NCBI GenBank assembly: GCA_945875805.1
Contig: CAMCLY010000001.1
Coordinates: forward strand, 197-64,196
Length of the DNA stretch: 64,000 nt
Source: an uncultured Myxococcales bacterium
Lineage (GTDB): Bacteria; Myxococcota_A; Bradymonadia; UBA4248
Reading direction: 5' to 3'
Shown here: positions 8,781 through 18,090 of the stretch, piece after piece
Numbering within the stretch: position 1 is the first letter of the stretch
Layout of the letters: every line of letters begins with the position of its first letter
Notes under the pieces: model-generated
Told to the model about the DNA's origin: nothing
The model's input: only the letters and a program-made list of their open reading frames with translations
The model's database searches: none
Program-made: the position numbers and the translations under genes

Positions 8781-11420
8781 TTAGTTGACCTGGTTGCCCT
8801 GCGATGCCGGGACGATGATCGACACCTGGCGGCGGCCAAAACTCAGCCCCGTCGTCGGGTTGACGACGTCGATATAGGCTGTAAAGACCTGGGCCTTGTC
8901 GGTCGCTTCGACGCAGGAATCGTTCTGCGCAATGACGGTAAACGTCAGCTGGGCACCGGTCTTGCCGACCGAGGACGTGCCGGGGGCAAAATTGCTGAAC
9001 CCGTTTTGATAGGTGGCTCCGCCCACCGACGTCGGCACGGCCACGGGGTTGCACGATTTTTCGGGTTCCTCCGGAGGCGCGATGTATTCGGTCGCCACCA
9101 CCTGCTTGATGAAGCATTCGGTGCCGTACGGTTTGCCCGGAATGGACTCGCCGGCAATTCGGGTCGATACTTCATACGTGCCGTATTTGACGAGGGCATC
9201 GACGCCCTGGGAAATATACGTCGACACGCTGTCGCCCGTGCCCTTGTAACGCAAAATGCACTGGTCGGGCTTGCCATTGAGGGTTTGACCGCTTTCGCTC
9301 AGCGCGCCGAGACAACATTTGTTTGCGCCGCACGCCCCGTTAAACGCACACGCCGGGACGATCGCATTCGACTCTTTGGCCCACGTCGTCATCTGACCCA
9401 TAGCGTCTGCGCTCCCCACATCGAGCGTGATCACGCGGATACCTTTGTTTTTGAGCTCAGGAAGCAACACGTTGGTGTAGTGGGGATTCGTGACATTGCT
9501 ATTGTATGCGTCATTGTTATAGTCGTGCGACGTGATATCGGTGGCATGCACGACGACGGGAAGGGTGCCCGTGCGGAAATCGACGCCGCCCCACGTGTTC
9601 GGCGTATTCGTGCGAGCCGGCACGCTGCCGCCGTTCCAAGAAACGCCTGCCCCCGTGGCGATTTGGTACAGCGATTCCGCTCCGCTTTCCGGACCGTCTC
9701 CACCGTTACGTGTGGTAAACCACGGGCTCTTTGTATACCCTTGGACAATGGCCGCATCCGTCGACACCGCTCCCAACAGACGGAATGGAAGATCTCCGGC
9801 ACTTGCGCTGCCATAGTTTGAGCTCCAATTTTTATTGACCGGGAAATCATCGAAATTCGTCAGCGCAAAGCCGCTATCGCTCACCATGCCGCGGACATTG
9901 TTGATGATGCCGGTGACATTATTTTTGACGTTATTAATGGTTCCTCCCATCGACCCCGTCGTGTCGACGTTGAACACAAGATCGAGTTTTGAAACCTGCG
10001 GTGTAAAGAGCAATAAGTCGTCTTTTTTGTCACCTCCAAACGGAAGTTCAAAATAAAATTCAAAAACATCCTGCACGCCCAGCGCCGGATCACACACAAG
10101 CGCCTGGGCATCGCTCACCGGCGATCCGTTGAGCAGACCGTGGTTCTTGGCGTATTCACCGGCGGCCAGTTCCGACGCATCGGGATAACCGTCGCCGTCG
10201 GTGTCGGGATTGGTGACGCCGGACACCCCGTTGCACGTGGGTTCGTGGGGATCGAGTACGCCGTCGGCGTCACAATCCGCATGCTGGAAACAATACCGTT
10301 TTGTCCCGCCGGGCATGGTGTACGTGAGGTCTTTCTCTTCCGCATCGGGGATCGTGTCGCCATCCGAATCGAGCGAGTATCGGTCATAATGCCCGTCTCC
10401 ATCCGAATCCGAATACCCTTCGAGGACATCGGGAATCGTGTCGCCGTCCGAATCCGTGGACATATAATCGGGAATGGTGTCGCCGTCCGTATCCCAAGGA
10501 TTTTCGGGGGTACCCGCCTCACACGGCACCCCATCGCACAAGCGCCCGGGCTGACCGTTTGACCCCATCAGACCGGCAATTTCCTCGACATCCGACATCA
10601 TGTCGCCGTCGTTGTCCTCCGAACGATAGTCGGGAATCGTGTCGCCATCCGTATCGACGGGATTTTCGGGATCCGGGCCCACTTCCACGCTGTCCGGAAT
10701 GCCGTTTCCGTCCGAGTCGAGACTCAGAAAATCGTACACGCCGTCGTCGTTTGAATCGATCGGCGCATTGTGCAAATCGCCGCCCGTCTGGCCTTCAATC
10801 GCATCCGGTATCGTGTCGCCGTCCGAGTCCAGATCCTCGCAATCCGGCGTTCCGTCCCCATCCGTGTCGACATCGCAACGATCATAATAGTCCGAAATCG
10901 TGTCGCCGTCCGTGTCACGGTCCGCCATGGCATTGGCAAAACACTTGCCTTCTTCGCAGACCCCCGATGCACAGCTCGCAAATTCGCCCGTACAATCGCC
11001 GCCCAACTCGACCTGCGTGATGCACTGCCCGGACTGGCACAACATCATGTTTCCACATTCCGACGTGCTCTTGCACGCATCCCCCGGAGCGCCTTCGCCC
11101 GTCCCCGTGGCCTGGCATTTTCCGTCCACACAAACGCCCGAACTGCACGGTTTTTCGGCGCTGCATGTCTCGACTTGCGCCGGAACGCACACCCCGGCCT
11201 CGCATTTTCCGGATGGGCATTCCGCATCTCGTTCGCAAGCCACCTCCGAGCCCCCATGCGCCTCGCATACGCCGTTCTTGCACACTTCGCCGTCCTTGCA
11301 GCCAGGCACACAAATCTTGTCATCCAATCCTTCCGGGCGAGGTATCGTGTCGCTCTCACATCCCAGAAATCCTACACTCGCCACTGCGGCTATCAACCAG
11401 GCATAATGTTTTCGTGTCAT
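8781..11420 (-). CDS. Large secreted lipoprotein with N-terminal Cys-rich CxxGxC repeats, about 10 thrombospondin-type-3-like Ca-binding repeats (DxDxDGxxDxxE) and a C-terminal VWA-like domain. It is a putative adhesin.
   Basis: The signal MTRKHYAWLIAAVASVGFLGC is a lipobox. The repeats DTDGDTIPD / DSDGDTIPD recur about 10 times. The VWA MIDAS-like motif LDLVFNVDTTGSMGG is present. The start was trimmed to 11420, where GGAGG lies upstream. Confidence 0.75.
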   Translation of the reverse strand: MTRKHYAWLIAAVASVGFLGCESDTIPRPEGLDDKICVPGCKDGEVCKNGVCEAHGGSEVACERDAECPSGKCEAGVCVPAQVETCSAEKPCSSGVCVDGKCQATGTGEGAPGDACKSTSECGNMMLCQSGQCITQVELGGDCTGEFASCASGVCEEGKCFANAMADRDTDGDTISDYYDRCDVDTDGDGTPDCEDLDSDGDTIPDAIEGQTGGDLHNAPIDSNDDGVYDFLSLDSDGNGIPDSVEVGPDPENPVDTDGDTIPDYRSEDNDGDMMSDVEEIAGLMGSNGQPGRLCDGVPCEAGTPENPWDTDGDTIPDYMSTDSDGDTIPDVLEGYSDSDGDGHYDRYSLDSDGDTIPDAEEKDLTYTMPGGTKRYCFQHADCDADGVLDPHEPTCNGVSGVTNPDTDGDGYPDASELAAGEYAKNHGLLNGSPVSDAQALVCDPALGVQDVFEFYFELPFGGDKKDDLLLFTPQVSKLDLVFNVDTTGSMGGTINNVKNNVTGIINNVRGMVSDSGFALTNFDDFPVNKNWSSNYGSASAGDLPFRLLGAVSTDAAIVQGYTKSPWFTTRNGGDGPESGAESLYQIATGAGVSWNGGSVPARTNTPNTWGGVDFRTGTLPVVVHATDITSHDYNNDAYNSNVTNPHYTNVLLPELKNKGIRVITLDVGSADAMGQMTTWAKESNAIVPACAFNGACGANKCCLGALSESGQTLNGKPDQCILRYKGTGDSVSTYISQGVDALVKYGTYEVSTRIAGESIPGKPYGTECFIKQVVATEYIAPPEEPEKSCNPVAVPTSVGGATYQNGFSNFAPGTSSVGKTGAQLTFTVIAQNDSCVEATDKAQVFTAYIDVVNPTTGLSFGRRQVSIIVPASQGNQVN

Positions 11421-11675
11421 GGTAAACCTCCAATAAAATTTACGCGTTTCGCGCGTGGCAAAGCGCGCTTCGTTCAATTCAACGCCAAAAGATCATGGTG
11501 TCTTTTTTGCCGTGCGTCAATGAATACACGTCTTTTTAAGTGGGCGCGGCCCATTTGAATCTGACGCGATGTGGGTATGAGTGGGAGGGCGCGCCTTTGG
11601 GGGCAGGCCTCCGGCCATGCCCCCATGCGGCTTGCGTTCCCCGGGCTTGCGCCATGCGGCGCTACGCCCGGGGCC

Positions 11676-11708
11676 GGCGGCTATCGGCGTGGCCGATACG
11701 CCGCCGGT
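11676..11708. repeat. REP-like GC hairpin (CGGCTATCGGCG-t-GGCCGATACGCCG) 3' of the korB-G fusion gene.
   Basis: The inverted repeat was read directly. Confidence 0.75.
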
Positions 11709-13081
11709 CCGCCTGGTAGGTGCGTCAAATACGAAAATCCCGCCTCACACGCACGTCGCTGTTCCGCATTCAGGGCGAGCAAATGTGCGGTTTCCACGTC
11801 AAACGCAAGAGCCAAAAATGCCCCCAAAAGAACCATGTTCGCACTGCGCGGGGCATTTTGTGACATCGCCAGGCTCGTGGCTGGAATCCCCAAACGACGT
11901 ACCGAATCCGACACCGGATGTAGCGGTTCGACGCTGTCGCTGTCATACAGCGCCACGCCGTGTTCTGCGACCGACGGCACAAATTTGTCCCAGGCCGGCT
12001 GGTTCATCGCCACCAACACCGACGGGCGGTCGACGACCGGGGACGCAATGCGGCGCGCATCCATGCGCACAAAGCAGTTGGCCGCGCCGCCGCGCATTTC
12101 CGGGCCATACGACGGGATCCACGTCGCCTCATACCCGAGCGAAAGGGCGAGTTCGGCGACGCGATGACCAAACGTCATGACGCCCTGTCCGCCAAATCCC
12201 GCGCAACACAGGGACATCGGCAGTGGCAACTCACAATGTGCTCCGTGGCAAACTTCAACCGGTTTACACAGCGCCTCAAACGGCGCGCGCACGCGTTCGG
12301 GATCATAAGCGCTTGGGCGCTGACGCGCGCGTACCCAGTCTTCGCGCGAAATATCGCGCACGATGCCGGTCGGGAACGTGCGGATCATTTCCTGGGCCAC
12401 CCGATCGCGCGCTTCGACCGGACTGCAGTGCCAGTTCGATGGACATGGACTCAGAATCTCGACAAAACTGTATCCGCGTCCCTGGCGCTGGTTGTCTATC
12501 GCGCGTTTCACCACGCGGCGTGCTTCGAGGATCTGGCGCTCCGTGCCAATGGCCACACGCGCGATAAAGGCAGGCCCGTCCAGACGGTCGAGAAGTTCGC
12601 ACACGCGAATCGGCGCGCCGTGTTCCGCCTCACACCGTCCATGCGGGCATGTGACCGTCGTCTGGCCGCACAGCGTCGTCGGCGCCATTTGACCGCCGGT
12701 CATCCCAAAATTCGCGTTATTGATAAAAAGTACGGTGATATTCTCGCCGCGATTCGCCGCATGAAGCGCTTCCAGCAACCCAATCGAGGCCAGATCGCCG
12801 TCTCCCTGTGACGCAATGACCAACGCGTCCGGATTGGCACGCTTGATGGCCGTCGCCACCGCGCTCGCGCGGCCATGGGCCGCCAGCACATGGGAGATCG
12901 AAAGATACGAATCCGTCAGACCGCCACATCCCACCGGCGAAACCCAGATCGTTTCGGACGCCACGTCGGCGATCGCTTCGTCCACCCACTTTAAAATGTT
13001 GCCGTGACCGCATCCCGGGCAGAAATGCGTCTGCTCGGGGTGACTTGCTTTGCGGTATTCAGGCAGAAATGTCGTCGCCAT
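11681..13081 (-). CDS. 2-oxoacid:ferredoxin oxidoreductase beta subunit (TPP-binding) fused to a gamma subunit. No alpha subunit is adjacent.
   Basis: The N-terminal half has the beta-subunit CPGCGHG and TPP motif GDGD...NNANFGMTGGQ. The C-terminal half has the gamma-subunit GFGGQGV ... GPEMRGG signature. The neighbours on both sides are unrelated genes. Confidence 0.7.
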   Translation of the reverse strand: MATTFLPEYRKASHPEQTHFCPGCGHGNILKWVDEAIADVASETIWVSPVGCGGLTDSYLSISHVLAAHGRASAVATAIKRANPDALVIASQGDGDLASIGLLEALHAANRGENITVLFINNANFGMTGGQMAPTTLCGQTTVTCPHGRCEAEHGAPIRVCELLDRLDGPAFIARVAIGTERQILEARRVVKRAIDNQRQGRGYSFVEILSPCPSNWHCSPVEARDRVAQEMIRTFPTGIVRDISREDWVRARQRPSAYDPERVRAPFEALCKPVEVCHGAHCELPLPMSLCCAGFGGQGVMTFGHRVAELALSLGYEATWIPSYGPEMRGGAANCFVRMDARRIASPVVDRPSVLVAMNQPAWDKFVPSVAEHGVALYDSDSVEPLHPVSDSVRRLGIPATSLAMSQNAPRSANMVLLGAFLALAFDVETAHLLALNAEQRRACEAGFSYLTHLPGGPAAYRPRR

Positions 13082-13099
13082 CGCTCCTCGCGCGTGATG

Positions 13100-13645
13100 T
13101 TATGGGATGGCCTCGGCCAGTTTTGCAGACAAACTCGCGCATCCCGCTTTTTGCGGTGTGCCTTCCAAATCCGATTCACACACTCCGACCAGTTTCATCA
13201 CCGCCGACTGATATTCGACGATGGTCGAGGTCAGGGTGTCGACGTCTTCCTGATGTTTGAGGTGTATGGCCGCAGCGCGCGCGCGATGAAAAAAACGATA
13301 CGCCTGTTGCGCGGGTTCCAGATACCAGTCGTACATGGCGAGCAGTTCGTCCAGTTTGCCTTCTTTTTTGAGGGCTTCCTTGCACGCCACTTCATGGCTG
13401 TCCGACGCTTTGAAAAACATTTCCCCTGTCGCCGAGAGGCTTTTGACCCCTTCGTACAAATCGTTGAGATATTTTTCTTCGTCGCCTTCGGTTTGCATCA
13501 GGGTGTTGAGCGCGCCCGACGCTTCGGTGGCCGCCGTGATTTCGTTGCGAAGATTCTGGCACGCATCGACGGTGCCCACCGTTTGGCCAAACGCGGCCGC
13601 TGGACTCAAAAATAGGACGAGGCATCCTAAGTGGAAAAATTTCAT
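13100..13645 (-). CDS. Secreted alpha-helical hypothetical protein.
   Basis: The signal peptide is MKFFHLGCLVLFLSPAAAFGQ. AGGAGAA lies 7 nt upstream of the ATG at 13645. No recognisable catalytic motif was seen. Confidence 0.5.
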   Translation of the reverse strand: MKFFHLGCLVLFLSPAAAFGQTVGTVDACQNLRNEITAATEASGALNTLMQTEGDEEKYLNDLYEGVKSLSATGEMFFKASDSHEVACKEALKKEGKLDELLAMYDWYLEPAQQAYRFFHRARAAAIHLKHQEDVDTLTSTIVEYQSAVMKLVGVCESDLEGTPQKAGCASLSAKLAEAIP

Positions 13646-13684
13646 CACTTCGTTCTCCTGTGGAGTGAATCGCATTTCTCTTTT

Positions 13685-14917
13685 TTAAAGATATAAAGAA
13701 GATTCCACCAATCCCATGTCGTGAAAGAGTTTGAGGAAGGAATGTTTTGACGCGAAACGCGCCGCATGCACCCAGAGTTTTTTTAACGAGGGATCGAGTT
13801 CTTCGTCGGCATGGGGAGCGCTCTGGGCGCTGATGGCGCGCATCATGTCGGCAATGGCGCGCAGGCGCGCGCAAAATGGGTCCCACTGCAACGAGACGCT
13901 GTGAATGCCCAGGCGAAGGGCGTTTCGGTCGACGTAGTTGTCGTTCGCGCGCCGCAGCCAGTCAAAGCCCACGCCGTCTTCCAGCAGGATCTGTTGTAAC
14001 GTGCGCGTGAGGATTTCCTTAGGGGGCTGGCGGTTTGCGCACGATTCCGGCGAAATTTCGAGGTCTTCGATATCGGTGACGGCGTCAAAAATCTGCGCCA
14101 TGAGGCGCGCGTGATCGGCCCACGAAAACTTTGGGAATTCGTTGCACGCGCTGGCGTAGTCCAGGACGGTTTCGACCGAGGTGCGACGCTCGACATGCCA
14201 CAGTCGCAGGGCGGCCGCGTACCAGGCAAACGCCTCCGCCAGCTGGGCCAGATCGTCTTCGGTGGGCCTGGCATGACCGGGGATCCGAGGGGGGACGGCT
14301 TCCTGCAAGGCGTCCGTCACCCCTGCATGGCTTGGCGCGCCCATGGCCTGCGCGGCCGCCACATCCGCCTTGAGCGCATACACCTCGACTTCGAGCGAGA
14401 CGATGGCTTCGCGCACATCGCCATGAAGTGCTTCGCAAATCGCGTCGAGATCAAAAAAGACGGCGTCGGCACAGCCTTTTGCGTCCGGATCGTCGCCGCA
14501 GGCGTCGAACGTGTCGCGCGGGGCAAACGCGTTGAGAAGTCCGCAACACGACAGCCCAAGGGCCCCGGCGCGTTCGCGCGCCGCGGCAAACAGCGTGCCG
14601 TCGCCAAGCGATACGATTCCCTTTAGCCCCTGGATCACGCCGTCACCGAGCGTTTCCTCGATTTGGGCCCGCATCGACACCCCGGGGGTCGGCAGACACA
14701 GGCAGTACGCCGTTTCGACCCCGTGCGCGCCAAGCGCGGGCAAGAACTCGCGCTCCACATATTCGCGGTACGTGGCGTCCGAGATGACCAGGACGCCGCC
14801 TTCCGGCCACAATTGTCGCAACAGGGCGTCAAAATGGGCGCGAATTCCCGACTGATAGGCCAACACTACGCCTTCACATGAGGCAAGGTGTTTTTGGAGA
14901 AATTCGGTGATTTGCAT
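13685..14917 (-). CDS. Hypothetical protein with a dehydroquinate-synthase/iron-ADH-like Rossmann N-terminal region. The function is unknown.
   Basis: The 410-aa ORF is read from MQITEFLQ. The segment VLVISDATYREY...SLGDGTLFAAARERAG resembles the GGGS-loop region of the DHQS-like fold. The call is weak. Confidence 0.4.
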   Translation of the reverse strand: MQITEFLQKHLASCEGVVLAYQSGIRAHFDALLRQLWPEGGVLVISDATYREYVEREFLPALGAHGVETAYCLCLPTPGVSMRAQIEETLGDGVIQGLKGIVSLGDGTLFAAARERAGALGLSCCGLLNAFAPRDTFDACGDDPDAKGCADAVFFDLDAICEALHGDVREAIVSLEVEVYALKADVAAAQAMGAPSHAGVTDALQEAVPPRIPGHARPTEDDLAQLAEAFAWYAAALRLWHVERRTSVETVLDYASACNEFPKFSWADHARLMAQIFDAVTDIEDLEISPESCANRQPPKEILTRTLQQILLEDGVGFDWLRRANDNYVDRNALRLGIHSVSLQWDPFCARLRAIADMMRAISAQSAPHADEELDPSLKKLWVHAARFASKHSFLKLFHDMGLVESSLYL

Positions 14918-15053
14918 GTTCCCCTCAAAACGCTGGGCTTCGGTGGTCACGGCCACATTTTGTGTACGCGTGACCACACAAAGAGGTTTGCCAAGACGTC
15001 TGCTTCTACCCTCGAAACGCAACGGTTGTCGAACTTTTCGCATTTAAAAAAAA

Positions 15054-15128
15054 GCCGCGCGTATTGGCCCGTGGGGCCAATAGCGCGGCAGCGAGTCGTA
15101 TCGCGGGCGCACGGCGCCGCGATAGACG
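15054..15128. repeat. Tandem pair of REP-like hairpins (GCGCGTATTGGCC-cgtg-GGCCAATAGCGCGG and GTCGTATCGCGG-gcgcacggcg-CCGCGATAGAC).
   Basis: The inverted repeats were read directly. They lie between the convergently oriented 3' ends of two minus-strand genes. Confidence 0.75.
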
Positions 15129-15214
15129 AGCGCCATGCCCATGACGAGGGTCAAAAAAAAGGCCGCGCGGATTGACCGCACGACCTTTTGAACACGGGTT
15201 ATTGGGGCTTTGCG

Positions 15215-16456
15215 TTATGCGCGACGCTGAACACCGCAGAGCTTGGAGAGGCCCCAGGCGATGAACATGCTGCCCAGGGAGAGAAGGGCGCCGAGTTTGG
15301 CCGCGTCTTTGGTAGTGCCGTCGGGGAAGGCCACGCCGGCCACAAAGAGGGCGACGGTGAAGCCGATGCCGGCTGCGGATCCGAGGACGAGGAGGTCTTT
15401 GTAGCTCATGCCTTCGGGCAGACCCAGGACTTTGCCGGAAATGCCGCCGAAGGTGAAGATGCCGAGCATTTTGCCGATGATGAGGGCAAGGGCAACGCAG
15501 GCCGTGGGGAAGCCGATCGTCGTGAAGGCGACGCCGGCGCTGGCCCAGCCAAAGAGGCCAAGGATGATTTCGGTCGGCACATAGAAGGCGGTCTGGAGTT
15601 TGTTGAGCGCGTCGTCTTTGCCGCGTTCGTCGTCGGAATGGACGCCGTCGTCCTCGGCAGCGTGGGGCATGCACACGACGATGGGGATGAAGCCCAGGGA
15701 GCTGTGGATGCCGGCATAGCCAAAGAGGAGCCAGGACAGAAGCATGAGGATGAAGTAGGGAACCCAGCTGTTCCAGTTGAGCTTCTTGTTGAAGAGGAAG
15801 TAGCCGATCGCCATGAGAACGGCCACGCCGCCGAGTCCGAGGACCGTGTTCCAGCCAAACCCGGATCCAAAGGCGACCGCGATGATGACGAGGCCCACGG
15901 CGTCGTCGGCAATGGCGAGGAGGAGGAGGAACGGCACCGCCGGATGTCTGCCGCCGAAAATGATGCGCGCGATCATCGCGCTGAACGCAATGTCTGTTGC
16001 CGTGGGGACGGCCCAGCCATGCATTAGATCGTTGGGCGTGCCGGTGTGCATCTCATAGCCGAACGTCCCGTGGAACAGGAACGCAATGAGCAGATAGACG
16101 CCGATGGGGCCGAGCACGCCGCCTGCGGTGGCAATGAGCGGGGTCGCGGCTTGTTTGGGGTTGTGAAGGGCTCCGCCGGGGAACGTCGATTCAAAGACTT
16201 CTTTGCCGGCCGCCATAAAGAAGAAGGCCATCAAAAAGTCATTGATGAAAAAGTGAAGGTCAAAATGCTTCAACCCACTCCCGTCGCCAATATCGGTGCC
16301 ATAGATCGGGTTGTCCATGAAGCCAAAATGGGCATGCAGGATGGTGTGATAGATGTGATTTGCCGACTCACCGCAGTTTGCCCAGACAAGGGCGATGACC
16401 GCACCAATGACGAGCAGCAGGGAGTTGTCGAGCAAAAATTTCCAGGCTCTTTTCAT
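15215..16456 (-). CDS. nhaA: Na+/H+ antiporter NhaA.
   Basis: The 413-aa polytopic membrane protein has the NhaA-family start MKRAWKFLLDNSLLLVIGAVIALVWAN and conserved FFLMAAGKE- and IADDAVGL-type helices. Confidence 0.85.
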   Translation of the reverse strand: MKRAWKFLLDNSLLLVIGAVIALVWANCGESANHIYHTILHAHFGFMDNPIYGTDIGDGSGLKHFDLHFFINDFLMAFFFMAAGKEVFESTFPGGALHNPKQAATPLIATAGGVLGPIGVYLLIAFLFHGTFGYEMHTGTPNDLMHGWAVPTATDIAFSAMIARIIFGGRHPAVPFLLLLAIADDAVGLVIIAVAFGSGFGWNTVLGLGGVAVLMAIGYFLFNKKLNWNSWVPYFILMLLSWLLFGYAGIHSSLGFIPIVVCMPHAAEDDGVHSDDERGKDDALNKLQTAFYVPTEIILGLFGWASAGVAFTTIGFPTACVALALIIGKMLGIFTFGGISGKVLGLPEGMSYKDLLVLGSAAGIGFTVALFVAGVAFPDGTTKDAAKLGALLSLGSMFIAWGLSKLCGVQRRA

Positions 16457-16606
16457 GCTCCTACCTAACGTAAAAAGGGTTAAAAACAGCGGAATACCGC
16501 TCTACAGAAAACGCTTTATTGTCTTTTTTCTTCCATTGCCCTGTAAATGGACCCCACTCTGAATGGCGCGGGGATGGTGGCGTGTGGATGCGAGAAAACA
16601 AAAGGT

Positions 16607-16641
16607 AAAAAAAAAGGCGAACGATGAAATCATCATTCGCC
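16607..16641 (-). terminator. Rho-independent terminator downstream of the tRNA-Thr pair.
   Basis: On the minus strand the hairpin ggcgaatgatga-att-tcatcgttcgcc is followed by a U9 run. Confidence 0.5.
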
Positions 16642-16661
16642 GATAGATCATACGCTTAAAA

Positions 16662-16734
16662 AGCCAGTGCTCGGACTCGAACCGAGGACCTGCGCATTAC
16701 GAATGCGCCGCTCTACCAACTGAGCTACACTGGC
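16662..16734 (-). tRNA. tRNA-Thr (anticodon CGU), copy 1.
   Basis: The reverse complement GCCAGTGTAGCTCAGTTGGTAGAGCGGCGCATTCGTAATGCGCAGGTCCTCGGTTCGAGTCCGAGCACTGGCT folds as a cloverleaf with anticodon loop TTCGTAA. Confidence 0.85.
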
Positions 16735-16753
16735 AAAAATCAGCCATTAAAAA

Positions 16754-16826
16754 AGCCAGTGCTCGGACTCGAACCGAGGACCTGCGCATTACGAATGCGC
16801 CGCTCTACCAACTGAGCTACACTGGC
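16754..16826 (-). tRNA. tRNA-Thr (anticodon CGU), copy 2. It is identical in sequence to copy 1.
   Basis: An identical 73-nt sequence lies 92 bp from copy 1. Confidence 0.85.
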
Positions 16827-16887
16827 GAGTCTTCATGCAAATTCATCGCATGAATCGCGCGCCTTATAACAACGGCCAAACGGTGCG

Positions 16888-18090
16888 TCAAGTGGATTTT
16901 GTACGAGATTCAAAAAGCGGTGCAATGGTTCCGACGTTCTCGTGAAACCACGTCAGGGGTGGATCCTGCATGGCGCCGAACCGGCAAAAATAGTTGTATC
17001 CCGCGCGGGCGAGTTTTTCTACCGCGTCCGGAGGAAGCGGCCTGGCCGTGGCGAGGGCCTGCGCGCGGGGAGACAGAGCGCGTGCGGCCTGGATGGCGTC
17101 GGTCACGGGGTAAATGTTGAGCGTTCGCGGGGCAAAAATGGGCGCGAAGGGCGCCTCTTCCGGGTGAATGACGATGGCGTCGCCGTTTTGGTGGGCGCGC
17201 AGGACAAGACATCCGTCGAGTTCTGCCATGCTCAGGGCACTGTTTTTTTGCGCCCGGCTGCCGAGGTCTGGCGCGCATGCCGGAAGGTTTATGGCGATCT
17301 CGTCGAGGGCATCGGCGAGACGGTGTGCTCCTTCCATAATTTCATCCCGGCTGCACTCTGCAAAGAGAAATCGTGGCGACAGACACCCCGACTGATCCCA
17401 GAGCGAGAGATCCAGAGCCATCTGGCGCGCCCGGTCCTGGGTGAGGGTTTCTCCGCGCATGAGGATCATGGCCGAAACGCGATGCCCGTGGGCCACCAAT
17501 GCCGGGCGCCGTTCGGGAACGATGCGGTCGATCATGGCGCGGTAGCGCGCGATGGTCTCGTCCGAACCGGAGACGATGACGAGGTCGTGCGCCCGGCACA
17601 GCGATTCGAGTTCGGTCTCCTCGTGGGTCGGCGGGGCGATGGCTATTCTGGAATCGAGTGCCGGAAACGTCCGTGTCAGACATTCGCGCCAGGCGTCAAA
17701 CATCAAAGCCTGCTGTCGTGCCGGGCGAATCGTGACGGACACGGGCATGGTCAGCAGAAGCATGGCGTCCTGGAACGATGCGCACGGCACGGTCGAGGCC
17801 GTCACAAGGAGAACGCGTCGCGCGCAAGGATTCGCGCCGGCGCGCCGACGCGCTTCGTCCGAGGCGCCAAAATCACACCAGACTTCAAGGGCTACGCGCG
17901 CGGCTTCTCGCGTCATGCCCGGAATTTCCCGGGTAAAAAAACATTCAAATTCGTCTGCGCGCCAGTGCGCAAACATTCGAGAAAAGCCCCACCGGACCGA
18001 CTCCGCGCCATACATGGGGGTATGGCGCACCGCCAGTTCGGTGATCTCGTCAAAAAAAGCGTTACGTGCCGCTAAAGGAAACATCATCAA
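16888..18090 (-). CDS. LuxC-like acyl-CoA reductase / aldehyde-dehydrogenase-superfamily protein. The identification is tentative. Its start overlaps the 3' end of pmbA.
   Basis: The 400-aa ORF has a candidate catalytic-Cys motif WDQSGCLSPRF and a GSDETI nucleotide-binding-like loop. Its start ATGATG overlaps the pmbA stop region by about 26 nt, which indicates translational coupling. Confidence 0.4.
   Translation of the reverse strand: MMMFPLAARNAFFDEITELAVRHTPMYGAESVRWGFSRMFAHWRADEFECFFTREIPGMTREAARVALEVWCDFGASDEARRRAGANPCARRVLLVTASTVPCASFQDAMLLLTMPVSVTIRPARQQALMFDAWRECLTRTFPALDSRIAIAPPTHEETELESLCRAHDLVIVSGSDETIARYRAMIDRIVPERRPALVAHGHRVSAMILMRGETLTQDRARQMALDLSLWDQSGCLSPRFLFAECSRDEIMEGAHRLADALDEIAINLPACAPDLGSRAQKNSALSMAELDGCLVLRAHQNGDAIVIHPEEAPFAPIFAPRTLNIYPVTDAIQAARALSPRAQALATARPLPPDAVEKLARAGYNYFCRFGAMQDPPLTWFHENVGTIAPLFESRTKST

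Noticed and set aside
4442-8839. Minus-strand ORFs of 488, 327 and 899 aa overlapping hydC, hydB and hydA.
   Set aside because: They are antisense to a hydrogenase operon with unmistakable H-cluster and NuoF motifs. They are Arg/Ala/Gly-rich with no motifs.
13081-13100. A missing 2-oxoacid oxidoreductase alpha subunit caused by frameshift.
   Set aside because: Only 18 bp separate the beta-gamma fusion from the next gene, and no alpha-like frame is seen in any of the six frames of the flanks. The gene is therefore reported as a genuine orphan rather than a disrupted operon.
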